51,064 nt of DNA from Octopus bimaculoides (taxonomy: Eukaryota), in assembly GCF_001194135.2 (NCBI RefSeq), contig NC_068995.1:27642382-27693445 (forward strand), read 5' to 3'. Below are positions 36,048 to 49,794 of this stretch, piece by piece (the first letter of the stretch is position 1; the number at the start of each line of letters is the position of its first letter). A model generated the notes under the pieces. The model saw nothing but the letters and a program-made list of their open reading frames with translations, had not been told where the DNA came from and searched no databases. A program made the translations under genes and the position numbers.

Positions 36048-36739
36048 GGACCATGTATTCAGTGTAGAAACCATTTTAAGACCCATAAAATACACGTACG
36101 GGAAAGGGTTTATTTCATAACGAAAAGTTATTTTTTAAATGAAACAAGGCATGCAACAAATATCTTCAGAGACAAATATAAAATTTATTTTTACAAGAAG
36201 ATATATGCCTACAGTTGCTAAACTTTGCGGCATAACTACAGTTATGACCTCCCAAAGTCTAGGGGGTGGTTTGCTAATTTTTGTTCGTATAGTTGACGTG
36301 AATAAAGCCTCCCTCATTCCGTACAGTCGTTGCAGTTTCTTTACCTGCATCATCGCCTTTCAATAAGTCTCTTTATGAACATGGCCATCGTTTGATTCGC
36401 GAAACTGAGAGGAAGGTTAACAACTTAATGTGTATAGTTCTAATTAGATGAAAACTGAACCTGGTAGGGTCCTCTGACTAATGAACCACCGAAATAAATA
36501 CCGAATACCCATCTCCGACGAAATTTGTAACGCTTATATTTAGATGCATCGGTATTCTGAAATAATGGTTCTAAATAGTTTTAAGCTCGAACAAAAAATT
36601 GATAGTTGATGATACGTTATCACAACCTGCAGTAAAATTAAAAGAAAAAGTGAGCTGACTACGATTAAATAGCTTTGAACGTATTTTTTCTCAGAGCTGA
36701 CCTCGGGCTAAATGTATGAACTAGTATTAGAATTCCCAT

Positions 36740-37170
36740 GCTCCCTTTGGAAGCCTCTTTGGCACCACTATTCTATCACCTGGAAAATTAAACTCTGCAT
36801 CTACAACGTATCAGACCACTCCATTCTCCTCTGTGGAGCAGATGCGTGGCCCCTCTTGAAGAAGACCCCAGCAAAGAGCACTGAGAACTATCATGAACAT
36901 CAAATGGTACCATTACGTATTCAACAAAGAACTGTGTGCATGTAATCATCACCCTGCAACCTCTCACCTCCTAGCTATCTGTCACACATGCTGGTATGGA
37001 CATGTCCACAGTCTCCTGTTGGGTCATTCTGCCACAGCTTTACTCTTTGATGCTGCAGGCTGGGAGAGACCTTGTGGAAGGCCCTGCACCAGATGGCTGG
37101 ACATGATTGGGTGGCTCACTGTCACCTTGGAGGATGCAGAGAGGCTGGCAGCTCTCTACGCATGATGTCT
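36740..37170 (+). mobile_element. RTE-like LINE 3' remnant
   Basis: IKLCIYN...SILLCGADAWPL; WERPCGRPCTRWLD. Confidence 0.6.
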
Positions 37171-37529
37171 CTGGGATCACTAACCTGGGATGGCCCCAGC
37201 TTTAATCATGAAGCAAAGCGTATTGAAGTTTGAATTTTTTTCTGCTACATGCACAAACCAGAAACACTGTTAAGTATTTTTGGAAAAATTGTTTTGAACT
37301 ATCTTAAAGTGGGTGTGTGTAGTCATTTTGATGATTATGACTACTGGTTGGTTTCAAATTTTGGCACAAGGCCAACAACTTTGGAGGAGGAAGAAAGTTG
37401 GTTAGATTGACTTTAGTGCTCTACTGGTGCTTATTTTACTGACCCTGAAAGGATGAAAGCTGCTACAAGGGTAAGGGTGATGCGTTAGAAGCAACTATAG
37501 AGGCATCAAACTCCTGGACCAGGTGATGA

Positions 37530-38840
37530 AAATTACAGAGTTATTGCCCAATTAATTTGGAGCAGAATCAGGCTAGATGAAATGCAGTTTGACCTTGTCC
37601 AGGGAAAAAGCACTACTGATGCTATTTTCATAGCTAGGCAACTGCAAGACAAGTACTTAGCTAAGAATAAACCATTATACTTGGCATTTGTTGGCAAAGC
37701 CTTCGATAGAGTACCCATGTGATATGGTGGGCTGTGAGGAGGCTAAGGATAGATGAGTGGCTTATGAAAGCTGTAGAGGCCATGTACAGAGATGCTGTTA
37801 GTAAGAGTAAGATGAAAGTTAATCACAAGTACAGCAAAAAGGTAGGGGTTCATCAAGGCTCAGTCCTCAGTCCCCTCCTTTTTATTATTGTCCTGCATGC
37901 CATAACAGAGGAATTCAAGACCAGTAGCCCCTAGGAACTGCTATATGCTGGTGATCGTGCCCTCATAGCAGATCCCGTATCAGAGCTAGATGGAAAATTC
38001 CAAGTGTGGAAGCAAAATCTGGAATCTAAGGGCCTTATGGTTAACTTAGCAAAGACTAAGGTCTTGGTAAGCAAGAAAACTGACAGGACCCTACCCACTT
38101 CAGGTAGGTGGCTCTGTTTTATTTGTGGGAAAGGTGTAAGCAGGAACTAAATATGGTGTACCCAGTGTAAGCTATGGACAAATAAGAGGTACAGTGGGTT
38201 AATAGGAAGGCTATGAGAGAAGGTTGTGTTTGTTTGTAGAAGATGCACAGGATACATAAAACCTTTAGAAACTCAGGAAATTCTCTCAAATACCCTGGTG
38301 GCTCATTAGAGGTAGTAGATAATATCTGCTACCTAGGGGACCAAATTAGTAGTGGGGGAGGATGCTTTGAGAGTGTGATAACTAGAAAAAGAATAGGATG
38401 AAGGAAATTCAGAGAGTTGTTACCTCTGTTGGCTATGAATGGTTTCTCTCTCCGAGTGAATGGAAGATTGTATGATGCATGAATATGGACAGCAATTGTA
38501 CATGGTTGAGAGATGTGGCCCTGAATGCAGAGGACATGTAAAGGTTACAGAAGAATGAGGCTAGTATGCTCTGCTGGATGTGTACATGTTTGACAGAGTG
38601 CTTGTGTATTGAGAGAGAAGTTAGGCTTAAGGGAAATAAGATGCTGTGTGTACTGGTTTGGTCATGTGATGTAGATGGATGCCGACTGCTCCATAAAAAA
38701 GTGCCTATCTCTCAAAGTAAATGGAACACGTGGAAGTGGGAGACCCAGGTAGACATTTGACAAAGTACAGAAGGATGACCTTAAGAGGCTGAACCTTTCA
38801 GGTGAGATGACAAAGGACTGAGATGCCTGGCACCTTGCTG
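37530..38840 (+). mobile_element. RTE LINE 3' part, same family as 660-2540, more degenerate
   Basis: LDEMQF, KSTTDAIF, HQGSVLSPLLFIIV, and a degenerate Cys-finger segment; many stops. Confidence 0.85.
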
Positions 38841-38899
38841 TGTACTCAAGAAGACTCATGCTCCACAGCAGAAGTGTTAAGGCCAGTCTCTTTGGTGAA

Positions 38900-39160
38900 G
38901 AAGATTGGCCTGCAAGCGTCCTGTGCCAGTGCCATGTAAGAAGCACTCATGCTAGTGCCATGTAAAAACACCTGTGTGGTACCATGTAAAAGCACTCATG
39001 CGATGCCATAAGCACCCAGCATACTCTGTAAAGTGGTTGACGTTAGGAAGAGCATCTAGCTGTGGGAACTTTGCCAAATCAGACTGGAGCCTGGTGCAAT
39101 CTGGTCAAACCATCCAACCCATGTCAGCATGGACAGTGGATGTTAAATGATGATGATGAT
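38900..39160 (+). mobile_element. SINE/RTE-associated repeat with about four tandem GCCATGTAAAAGCAC units
   Basis: Direct reading; ends in (GAT)n. Confidence 0.7.
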
Positions 39161-39289
39161 AACTATATAGATATATCTTTAATTTGATTAATGTGAGAGA
39201 CTGAATATGGAAGACATGAGAATCTATGCTCTGAATTCCATTCCTTGTCAGTATACCCTGGCACTTCATCATCTCTCTCATGCACCCTT

Positions 39290-39462
39290 GCTGTCTCCCA
39301 CTCTCTCTGTCTGTCTGTCTGTCTCCCACACTCTCTGTCTGTCTGTCTGTCTGTCTCTCTGTCTCTCTGTTTGTCTGTCTGTCTGTCTCTCTCTTTCTCT
39401 TGTTCTTCCCTCCAGCTGGGTAACCTCTACAACAGCACACCTGTTTCTGCCCTCATTTTAGA

Positions 39463-39507
<45 letters not shown>

Positions 39508-39620
39508 GCATTTCCCTCTGGTTAAGTAACCAAGTCTCTCCTTTACAGCAACACACCTGTTTCTGTCCTCTTTCTTGTTACCTCTCTTTTCCTTTCCCTC
39601 TCTCTTTCTCCCTCTCTCTC
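39290..39620. repeat. (TCTG)n/(TC)n microsatellite cluster
   Basis: Direct reading. Confidence 0.9.
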
Positions 39621-40869
39621 TTAGCTGGGTAATCATGTGCCTCATCTATAGCAAGAGACCTCTTTCTGCTTCTCTGTTTCTCTGTCACACTAATCTTTCA
39701 TCATCTGACACAAAATCACCTTCATTAATGCTCCCTCCTCTCTCAAAATTCCTTGTAAGTTATTTTGTGACTGTGCCAGTGCTGGTGCCAGGTAAAAAGC
39801 ATCTACTCCACACTGAAGGGCATCTAGCTGTAAAAACCATGCCAAAACTGACTTTACCTGTGCTGGTGCCATGTAAAAAGCATATTGGTTGTTTGTGTTA
39901 GGAAGGCATCCAGCTGTAAGAACCATGCCAAAACAGACACAGTAGCCCGGTGTAGTCTTCTACCTAGCTGGCTCATGTCAAACCATCTAACCAATTCCAG
40001 CAAGGAAGATGGACGTTAAATGATGATGATATATAAGTAACATACTCAACACTCTTCATCCACCTATCAAATTCACAACAGAACCATTCCTAGACATTTA
40101 ACATAAAAATATGTTTCACCACTGTCACAACAGACATTTTACAAAAATACGAATATGCATCAAAACTTGAACTTCTTCTCTTGTCATCCTTCATACGTCA
40201 AAATGAATATTCCATACAGTATGGCAAGACATATGTGTACAATAGTAGTTGATCCAAAAACACATCAAAATCAATTTAATGAACTCAAAGGCTTCCTAAA
40301 AGAACAGAATTACTACTTGAAATTAATAAATCATTGAATTATAAAGGCAACAAAGCCGGACATCACACAATTAAGAATACCAAAGAAAAAAAATTAAAGA
40401 ACATACTGTTCCATTTATCAAAATGCACAATCCTGGAATAACAAACATTTTTCACACTTTAAAAACAAACTTACCAAATACTTCTACAAAGCCCCAAAAC
40501 AAAAAATCTTTTGCAAAACAGTAAATGCCAACCAAAAAATCTTCAAAAAACATCTCATGAAAACAAAATTCACATTAGAGAATGATTCATAATTCTCCAT
40601 GAAGGAATGTAAAGATAGATGTGAAATATGTGACAACAACAACAACTTCGAATATTTAAATAGTGGTTTCCACATAAAATTTAAGAGTGGATCCTCATGG
40701 AAAATAAATGCAGATATGAACTACAAGACACAGAATCTCATATACTGCATAACTTGCCCCAACTACAGGAAAAAATATATCAATGAAACTTCCCCAATAC
40801 TAAATAGGAAATATACATAGATATCATACCCCCATACCCACATTTTACACAGGTAAAGTAGAACAGTTG

Positions 40870-41385
40870 ATGGGCTTTTATGTAGATAGATGTATGTATG
40901 TCTGTGTGAGGGGGTGTATGTGTGTGTGGGTGTATGTGTGTGTGTGTGGGTGTGTGTGTGTGCATGCACATGTATGTATATGTAAACAAACAGGTCTACA
41001 TACAGACGGGTAGGTACATAGGGTATATGAACAGACAACCACATACGCAAATAGAGACTGAAACACATGACCACATATACACACACACTTGTCCACACAT
41101 ATGGAGATGTGCACCCATACATACAAACATGGTACATAGCAGCAAAACACGCACACGCACACACTCAGACACGCACACACAAGGAGACAGAGGTACATAC
41201 ATACATATACACACACGCACACACATACATAAAAAACACACAAACACAGGAATATACAGAATACATACATACATACATATATTCATACATACATATATAC
41301 ATATGCACACACACACAGACATACATACACACATGCACACATACATGCATGCATACATACACACACATGCGCAAAAACAAACAAA
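40870..41385. repeat. Compound (GT)/(CA)/(CATA) microsatellite
   Basis: Direct reading; explains the spurious low-complexity ORFs in this interval. Confidence 0.9.
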
Positions 41386-42335
41386 AGCAAAAACAGAACG
41401 CAGCGTAAATAATGGACAGTCAAGACTATTGATAAGGTTGCAAGACGCAACGAAAATTTTAGGAAAATAAAAAGAAAAATAAGTGGAAATTTTACCAGTG
41501 AGTGTGTTAAATTTTAAGGCACAATAAGAAAATGACTCTCCCCAGACACAACAGAATATGCTTCAACACATGAAATCACATAAAAAATCTTGCAAACCAA
41601 ATCCCAAAACGAAATATATGTATATAATTAATTCAATAATAGGATAAAATCTTTTACAAGAATTTATCAGGTAGCTAGCGTGAAAAGAACCTTATAAGGG
41701 AAAAAAACCCATCATTTATTCCCTAGAATATATTTATTTATATTTATATCAGGGCATTACTATACAATAATGCCTCACGCTATGAGGGCCTGCTAAGGTC
41801 AAACTACCATAATAAACACAATTTTACTGAATGCAATGAAATGCAACTCTCAAAAGTTGGCCTCTTAAAAACAGACTGAATTATATATCAAATGATTTCG
41901 CAGTTATTATAACAATATATAACTTCTGCTCATCAGTATAGTACGATCAAGATACATAAAAATTAACGAAAGATTCAACAAACCAAAAATATGACAGTCC
42001 CAATGACTCAGAAACATGTCTCTGAATGCACACTGAGCTGGGTGGGGGTGCTTGTCTCCTCCTTGCAAATATAAGAACACAGGAAATGTGTCAAGGCCGA
42101 CAGGAAGCGGTCCAGCTTCCTTGGGCTAAATAGCAGCAGTATGATTCCCTTATTAGGACTGTCACATTGAGTTGACAGTATACAACTGCTTTATCGTAAC
42201 ACTGCTGCTTAATTCTCTCTGTGAGATTTATAATTAGATCATTTCTAATTTTTATAATCAGTGAATGTGTTTTCACTAAAAATATATATATTTGCGAGGG
42301 TTTGACATGCATTTTCAACCAGCTAGTGTTGCTAC

Positions 42336-42378
42336 TTCAGGCTGATGATGAGCAATGACTCAGAAACATATCCCTGAA
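42336..42378 (+). ncRNA. Minimal type I hammerhead ribozyme motif
   Basis: UUCAGG-CUGAUGA-UGAG(caauga)CUCA-GAAA-CAUAUC-CCUGAA: 6-bp stem I, 4-bp stem II, intact core. Confidence 0.7.
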
Positions 42379-42594
42379 TGCATACTGAACTGGGTGGCGG
42401 TGCTTGTCTTCCCCTCGCAAATATAAGGACACAGGAAATGTGTCAAGGCCGACAGGAAGCGGTCCAGCTTCCTAGGGCTAAATAGCAGCAGTATGATTCT
42501 CTTATTGGGACTGTCACATTGAGTTGACAGTAAACAACTGCTTTATCGTAACACTGCTGCTTAATTCTCTCTGTGAGATTTATAATTAGATCAT

Positions 42595-42626
<32 letters not shown>

Positions 42627-42899
42627 ATGTATCTTTGTATGTGAGTGTATCTGTATCCCCATCATTGCTTAACAACCGATTAAATCTTTATTATGATCAT
42701 TATGATCTAAATACAGAAAGGACAATACAGGACAAATAATACAAAAATGTTAAAATGAGTTCGAATGAGGATAAAATTTAAATATATAATTAAATATCGA
42801 TAACTTTAGAGAAGAACTTTAAAATACGACTTAAATAAAAAAGACACAAAAGAAAAAAAAGAAAAGTGAATGAAAAGTTTAAATGATCGAACCTGGCAG

Positions 42900-43230
42900 C
42901 CAACAAGGCCCAGCAGCTAATTTCTCCTTTTATCGATGATTAAGCTGGGTTCCTGACACCCACCTTTCTCATCATATTCTTTCAACCACAGAGTCTTCCT
43001 CTCCAACCCCATCTTGCGTTTCAGATGATATCTGAAGTATGTTAGCAAACCGGGGCCAGAGACGAAGGACCCTGTCACTAATCCTTCCATTCTAGTCCTC
43101 CAAACACACTCTTTCAATACTGCAACCGTACAGTAAAAACATGCCTCACCTTCCTTTGAAAGTCCAGTTGGCGGTATCATCTTTATTATGGATCCAGCCG
43201 ATAGCTGTACTTGTCCCAGATGTGACAACA
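42900..43230 (-). mobile_element. Tx1/L1-like ORF2 C-terminal remnant
   Basis: LKECVWRTR...YFRYHLKRKMGLER resembles Tx1-type C-termini. Confidence 0.45.
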
Positions 43231-43420
43231 CATGTTGCTGTGTTTACGTCCCTGTAACTTAGTTGTTTGGCGAAACAAACTGATAGGATAAGTACTAGGC
43301 TTACAAAGAATAAATCCCGGGGTCAGTTTCTTCAACTAAAAGCTGCAGTCACATGACTGAAAGAAGTAAAACAATAAATAACTATGCCATTTTAATCCCG
43401 ATTAACGCTGGGTATCTGTG

Positions 43421-43456
<36 letters not shown>

Positions 43457-44209
43457 NNNNNNNNNNNNNNNNNNNNNNNNNNNNNNNNNNNNNNNNNNNN
43501 NNNNNNNNNNNNNNNNNNNNNNNNNNNNNNNNNNNNNNNNNNNNNNNNNNNNNNNNNNNNNNNNNNNNNNNNNNNNNNNNNNNNNNNNNNNNNNNNNNNN
43601 NNNNNNNNNNNNNNNNNNNNNNNNNNNNNNNNNNNNNNNNNNNNNNNNNNNNNNNNNNNNNNNNNNNNNNNNNNNNNNNNNNNNNNNNNNNNNNNNNNNN
43701 NNNNNNNNNNNNNNNNNNNNNNNNNNNNNNNNNNNNNNNNNNNNNNNNNNNNNNNNNNNNNNNNNNNNNNNNNNNNNNNNNNNNNNNNNNNNNNNNNNNN
43801 NNNNNNNNNNNNNNNNNNNNNNNNNNNNNNNNNNNNNNNNNNNNNNNNNNNNNNNNNNNNNNNNNNNNNNNNNNNNNNNNNNNNNNNNNNNNNNNNNNNN
43901 NNNNNNNNNNNNNNNNNNNNNNNNNNNNNNNNNNNNNNNNNNNNNNNNNNNNNNNNNNNNNNNNNNNNNNNNNNNNNNNNNNNNNNNNNNNNNNNNNNNN
44001 NNNNNNNNNNNNNNNNNNNNNNNNNNNNNNNNNNNNNNNNNNNNNNNNNNNNNNNNNNNNNNNNNNNNNNNNNNNNNNNNNNNNNNNNNNNNNNNNNNNN
44101 NNNNNNNNNNNNNNNNNNNNNNNNNNNNNNNNNNNNNNNNNNNNNNNNNNNNNNNNNNNNNNNNNNNNNNNNNNNNNNNNNNNNNNNNNNNNNNNNNNNN
44201 NNNNNNNNN

Positions 44210-44267
<58 letters not shown>

Positions 44268-44924
44268 TATATATACACACATATATACACACTATATAAT
44301 TATATATAAGGCCCAGCATTATATAATGCTGGGCCTTATATAAGAGATGACAAAAGACTGAGATGATTGGTGTTATGCTGTGCTCAATAAGACTGTTCCA
44401 CCACAGAAGAAATGATATCCTAAAACTTCCTTGGAAATGCTTGTCTATTCCTTGCCTTCACTGTTTCTCTCCCAATCAAGCATTTCCTCCACACCTCATT
44501 CTTGAATACTTACCACTTTTCTATCTATGGTACTACTCAGCTGCTGTAATCACCTGAGAGCAGAATAGGTGCATACTTCTCTTTTAATTACCCTGCTACC
44601 CCAATTAACATTTCTCATTATCTTCACTGCCCACTATTTCCACTAATCACCTCTTTTCTCTGCCTTAAATCATTCCTTAGCACCTCTGATTTACTGTGTC
44701 AATGCCCTCACATACTTACCATGGCACTGCCACAAACCACTTCTGTATCTCTTAGTATTACTTACTACAGTTACTTGTACCCAATCTTTAACCAGCTCTC
44801 CTTACACTCTAATGAAACTTCTCCCTCTAATCCCCCTTGCCCATTCACTCTGTCCAATTCTCTGTAGTTTCACGTACACCACCACCCCACTGTACCTTGA
44901 GGGCATGACCTAACACATCTGCAT

Positions 44925-45500
44925 CTCTCTCTCTCTCTTTCTCCCCCTCTGTCTCTCCCTCTGTCTCTCTGTCTCTCTCCCTCTGTCTATCTGTCTCTCT
45001 CCCTCTGTCTGTCTGTCTCTCTCCCTCTGTCTGTCTGTCTCTCTCCCTCTGTCTGTCTGTCTCTCTCCCTCTGTCTGTCTGTCTCTCCCTCCCTCTCTCC
45101 TTCCCTCTCTCCCNNNNNNNNNNNNNNNNNNNNNNNNNNNNNNNNNNNNNNNNNNNNNNNNNNNNNNNNNNNNNNNNNNNNNNNNNNNNNNNNNNNNNNN
45201 NNNNNNNNNNNNNNNNNNNNNNNNNNNNNNNNNNNNNNNNNNNNNNNNNNNNNNNNNNNNNNNNNNNNNNNNNNNNNNNNNNNNNNNNNNNNNNNNNNNN
45301 NNNNNNNNNNNNNNNNNNNNNNNNNNNNNNNNNNNNNNNNNNNNNNNNNNNNNNNNNNNNNNNNNNNNNNNNNNNTCTCTCTCTCTCTCCCCCTTCTGTC
45401 TCTCTCCCTGTCTCTCTCCCTGTCTCTCTCTCCCTCCCTCCCTCTGTCTCTCACTCCCCCTGTCTCTCTCTCTCCCTATGTCTCTCTCACTCTGTCTCTC
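44925..45500. repeat. (TC)/(TCTG)-rich microsatellite with gap
   Basis: Direct reading. Confidence 0.9.
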
Positions 45501-45837
45501 TTTTCATTTCAACTGGGGCAGGCACAAACATCCAGTACCTTCTCTGAAGTGGTTGGCATTAGGAAATCATAGAAATCATGCCACTGCAAACACTAAAGTT
45601 TGGCACAGTTCTCTGGCTTGCCAACGCCTACCAAGTCGTCCAACCCATGCCAGATGTAAATGATGATGACATACTCAGCATGTTTCAAGGGCAGTGTTTG
45701 TAATATTAATTATTGTGTGTGTCTGCAAATAAATAACAAACACTAGTGTAAGCATAAACACTTGTGCATCCCTTTATATTACTTAATATTTCAAATTCTG
45801 CTCTGAAACATGCTGAGTATGTATTTGTAATTTGTAA

Positions 45838-46690
45838 TCTGATCAAGAAGTATCTGGACTTTTGCCATAGTAATGAAGCTAAAGCATGCAGAGTGAAGCT
45901 GCTTGGCACATATTGACCATGAACTCTGCTGTGTATGCGCACTAAGCTTTAACATACTAGCTCACTTCCGCTGTTTAAAGCAGTGCTTGGAAGGAAGGTG
46001 TGTTGCATGTAATCATCGCATTGACCATGACAGAAGGTTGAGCAGAGAATCTCTATCAAATTTTGCCAAAAGCTTGGTGATACCTGGTATAGAGCCCTAC
46101 ACAAAATTTTCAAAAGTTTTCATTGTTCTCGACACAATCAAGATCTTGTGCCACTGAAACCCGAGTGTCTTTTTGGTCAACTGAAAGCAGTTTTGGCACA
46201 AACTTGGCAGACACGCATCTCGTACCCAAATCTTCAGTGATAATGGACTGAACTGAACCATAACTAATCTGCATGCCGTCTGATAAGTCACGGATGGTGA
46301 TTTGATGATTTTCCCTCACGGCTACATGCACATCTGCAATGTTTTTTCTCACTTCTGCTGGTTATGGGTCTTCCAGAATGTTCATCAATATTGATATGTC
46401 TGAACCACTCATACCTGTGTGTGCGACTCATACACTTCTCTGCAACTTTGTGTAGGCCTCTGAGCAGGTATCGCCATGACAACTTTCTCTGTCATGGTCA
46501 ATGTGGCGATCACATGCTACAGGCCTTTCCTTCCAAGCACTGCTGTAAACAGCAGAAGTGATCTAGAATTTTAAAACTTAGTGTGCATGCACAGCAGAGT
46601 TCAAGGTCAATCTGTTCCAAGTGGTTTCACTCTGTGTGCTTTAGCTTCGTTACTATGGCAACAGTCCAGATACTTATTGATCAGACCTCG
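45838..46690 (-). mobile_element. mariner element, internally deleted, with long inverted ends
   Basis: ~120-bp inverted ends (TCTGATCAA.AAGTATCTGGACT...); right end CCTCG|TA; ISYGSVQSIITEDLGTRCVSAKFVPKLLS. Confidence 0.85.
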
Positions 46691-47277
46691 TACGTACAGT
46701 GTATTTATGGTTATATATAATAAACATCTTTAGTGTCACTGGTTTTAGAACCACATGATGCATTGATGTTCCAATTATGAATGAAAAATTCAGTACCCAA
46801 CCATGTTATATAATGTCTTTGTTTTTTTGTTTTTTAGTTGCTTTTTTTTATAGACTTTATGGTATAGTTGATGGAAGGTTTGGTTGCTATTTCTAATGGG
46901 TTGAGAGACAGCTTAGAGGATTTGTCTTCTTTGAGTGTGCTGATCTCCATTGGCAGTTGAGCTTTTCAATTGGTTAAAATTACATAACTTAAAATACCTA
47001 TAACTTCCTTATTAATTTCGTGAAAAAAATGAATGCAATTTTCATCATCAGCATGTAAAACTACATCAGAACTACATTTTCTGAAAATAATCTGATGAAA
47101 ATTTGAAAGGAATTTATCACGATCATCAGTGTCCTTTCTGTCATAGATATTGAGATCTACAATTTAGAAGGATTCATTTGGCAAGTCTCTATGCTATTAT
47201 CGCCTACTTTGGTAGATTACAGGGAGTAAATTCCAGAAAAGAATACCCGCCCTTATATATCATCAAAGTCTCATTAA

Positions 47278-47468
47278 CCCTTTTGATACCAGTTTATGTG
47301 AGACTCCTTGTTCTATGATATGAATTTCGTGTTTTAAGTAATCTAAATGAAGACTTTCCATCAAAATTTTGTGTTTCTGTTTGAATCCCAGATGAAAAAT
47401 GACAGAGTTATTTTGCGAAATTCATTGTTTTAAGAATTAATTGACACAGAAATAGGGTACCAAAAGAG
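47278..47468. mobile_element. piggyBac-type MITE
   Basis: TTAA on both flanks; ends CCCTTTTGATACC and GGTACCAAAAGAG (11/13 complementary). Confidence 0.7.
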
Positions 47469-47785
47469 TTAATACAGCAGTGTTTGTAGGGTTAATAATG
47501 GAAATAGTTCTTTAACACTATTTATAAAGTTGGGTACATTTTGTGATGCTTGAACAAGTGTATGGTGGATTTCATGTGTAGTCATTAAAATTGAGTATCT
47601 TGCTCATACCTACTTTTGGACCTTATTTCAGCTATTGCGAGTTGCCTCATTTCAGATTCCTTACTCCAATAGCATCTGTAGTTGAAATACTTCTATCAGA
47701 AACAACATATACAGCTATACATGAATTTCAGCAACACATGTGGAAACAAAGTTGACTGCTCTCTTTTGTTCTGTTTTCTAAATTA

Positions 47786-49130
47786 CCATAAAACCCCATG
47801 TAATTTACACACTTTTTTCTGCAAAAACAAAAATAAACATTAGCGGGTGCATAAATTACATGAGTAGATCGTTTCCAGAATTTTTTTGTTGAAAAATGAT
47901 GTACAAATGTTGACTCATTCGTACCAGAAGTTGACTCATTTAATGTCAGAATAGGTTTTTACAGAAAAAATATAATGAAGTTGACTTTTATTTATGCTGG
48001 GCAGTATAATGCTTACTTTTTCTGTATAAATTTACAAAAACCATTCAATGGTTAACTGCTTTATGAAGTTTGACGTTCATGCTGATAATCATGGTCTCAG
48101 CCATATTTTATATTGCTTGGAGTTTCTACCTATTGCAATTGAGCCCAGCAATTTCCCCAAATAGATCAGTTTTTCTCTGCTTAAGAAGTATAGCTTGTGT
48201 TTGCCTCCAGGAGGCTATTGCTTGCTTTCTCTGTGCTAGGTCAATGAAATTCATCACTGCCACCAGCTCTTACTGCATCTAATGACATCATACTTCATTC
48301 TTGTGCATGTAAATTCACTAAGTGAATATGACTTAGTGTTCCTACAGAAACCTTCATTTACCTAATACAATCTTTAATGTCGTTTCACATTCATGTTGAA
48401 TTATGCAGCAATCTTATGTTCTCTTCATAGAACACTTGTATGAACTGGTATGTATTACCGGTTCTTTTGGTATAGTATATTTTTGCTATTCTTGTTTATG
48501 TCTCCTCACAGACATGTATATTCTAATAAGTTTCTTCTAATAAGCTTCTTAAATTTTGCATCTCTCTTGTTCAATAAATACCGAGTAAAACTTGTAATGC
48601 TGTTTATTTTCTCTTTTTGATTTTTAATGTTTATTTTAGTGGGTTACCAAATTATGAGTTTGGTCTCCTGGCTAAAACGGTAATGACAAATTTTTAAGTT
48701 TGCTTGACATTTTATAAGTGTGAAAGACATTAAAATTTCGATACTCTGTATCAAAGGTTCCAATAAGAATAGGCAGAAAGACACTTTCAACCAATCAGAA
48801 TTCTATTTACATAATCATTTTGATCGGTCACCTTCCTCTGTCAGTTGAGTAAAGTGTCACCCAAGCTGATGTTTATTGGTAATTAAACTTATATTGCAAC
48901 TCTTGTGTGTATTAATCAGCTTTGTTTTTGTTGATAAGAATTATCAACACCTTTTCCTGTGAAAATTTAATAAAATCTAATCATATGTAAGTGAAATTAT
49001 GCTAAATAAAGCTAAATTGAAAACCTTTTTCCTCTGGCCATATTGGCAATTCTGCAAACTTTTGGGTGTGAATTTTAAATAATTTTTATCCTGAAATTTA
49101 CGGGTGCATAAATTACATGGGTTTTTACGG
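47786..49130. mobile_element. Tc1/mariner-pogo-like non-autonomous element
   Basis: TA|CCATAAAACCCCATGTAATTTA... and ...TAAATTACATGGGTTTTTACGG|TA; internal subterminal copy at ~47845. Confidence 0.7.
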
Positions 49131-49794
49131 TAGTTTGATGATCAATCGTACTGATCAGACGCACTCTGGAAAAGTTGGAAAAAATACTCATTAAAATTCA
49201 TTTCAAGCCCTCAGAATATTTTGGCATCAACTGCACTTGCAAAAATTTCAATTTCATAATCAATAATCTACATACAAAATTTCATCCAAGTCATTTTATG
49301 AAAAATTCAATAGATCAAAGTTACACAGGTCATTTGAGAACATGAAAGTAGTAGATATATCACTGTAATTTTCAACTCCAAAAGCCTTATATATACCATA
49401 AAATGCATGTAAGCTTTTTATATATAGAAATACAAAGTCAAAGAGTAACTGTTGCTATCATTTTGAAATAAAAAGTGTTGAGGAAAGCTTAAATTTAGCA
49501 GTGTCATAAGTTTGTTAAATGCATGTTACAGAATTTAAATAAATGATAGAAGAAAGTGATGAAAGTTTTTTCCCGTTACATTAAAGAGTTCCTGACTTCC
49601 TTTAAAGCAGATTGAAACGAGTGATTATTTATGTGCTTCCTGGTGGTTCAACACTAGCTAACTGATGTACCATGCGGATTCATAAAGGATATTAAGAGTT
49701 AATAATTAAGATCTGGATACAGGTTCTATTTTTAGAAACTGCTGAAATAAATGAATTGGATTACATTTTTTAAACTGTGGTTGTAAATTTTCAG

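Larger units (their letters stand above)
40040..42600 (+). mobile_element. Penelope-like element remnant (GIY-YIG endonuclease and terminal direct repeats), split by a microsatellite
   Basis: CEIC..., MNYKTQNLIYCITCPNYRKKYINET; ~240-bp direct repeats at 42001-42242 and 42353-42597. Confidence 0.75.

Noticed and set aside
2293-45454. Many long ORFs in the supplied track containing X runs or IYIY/VCVC/SLSL repeats
   Set aside because: Artefacts of N gaps and microsatellites.
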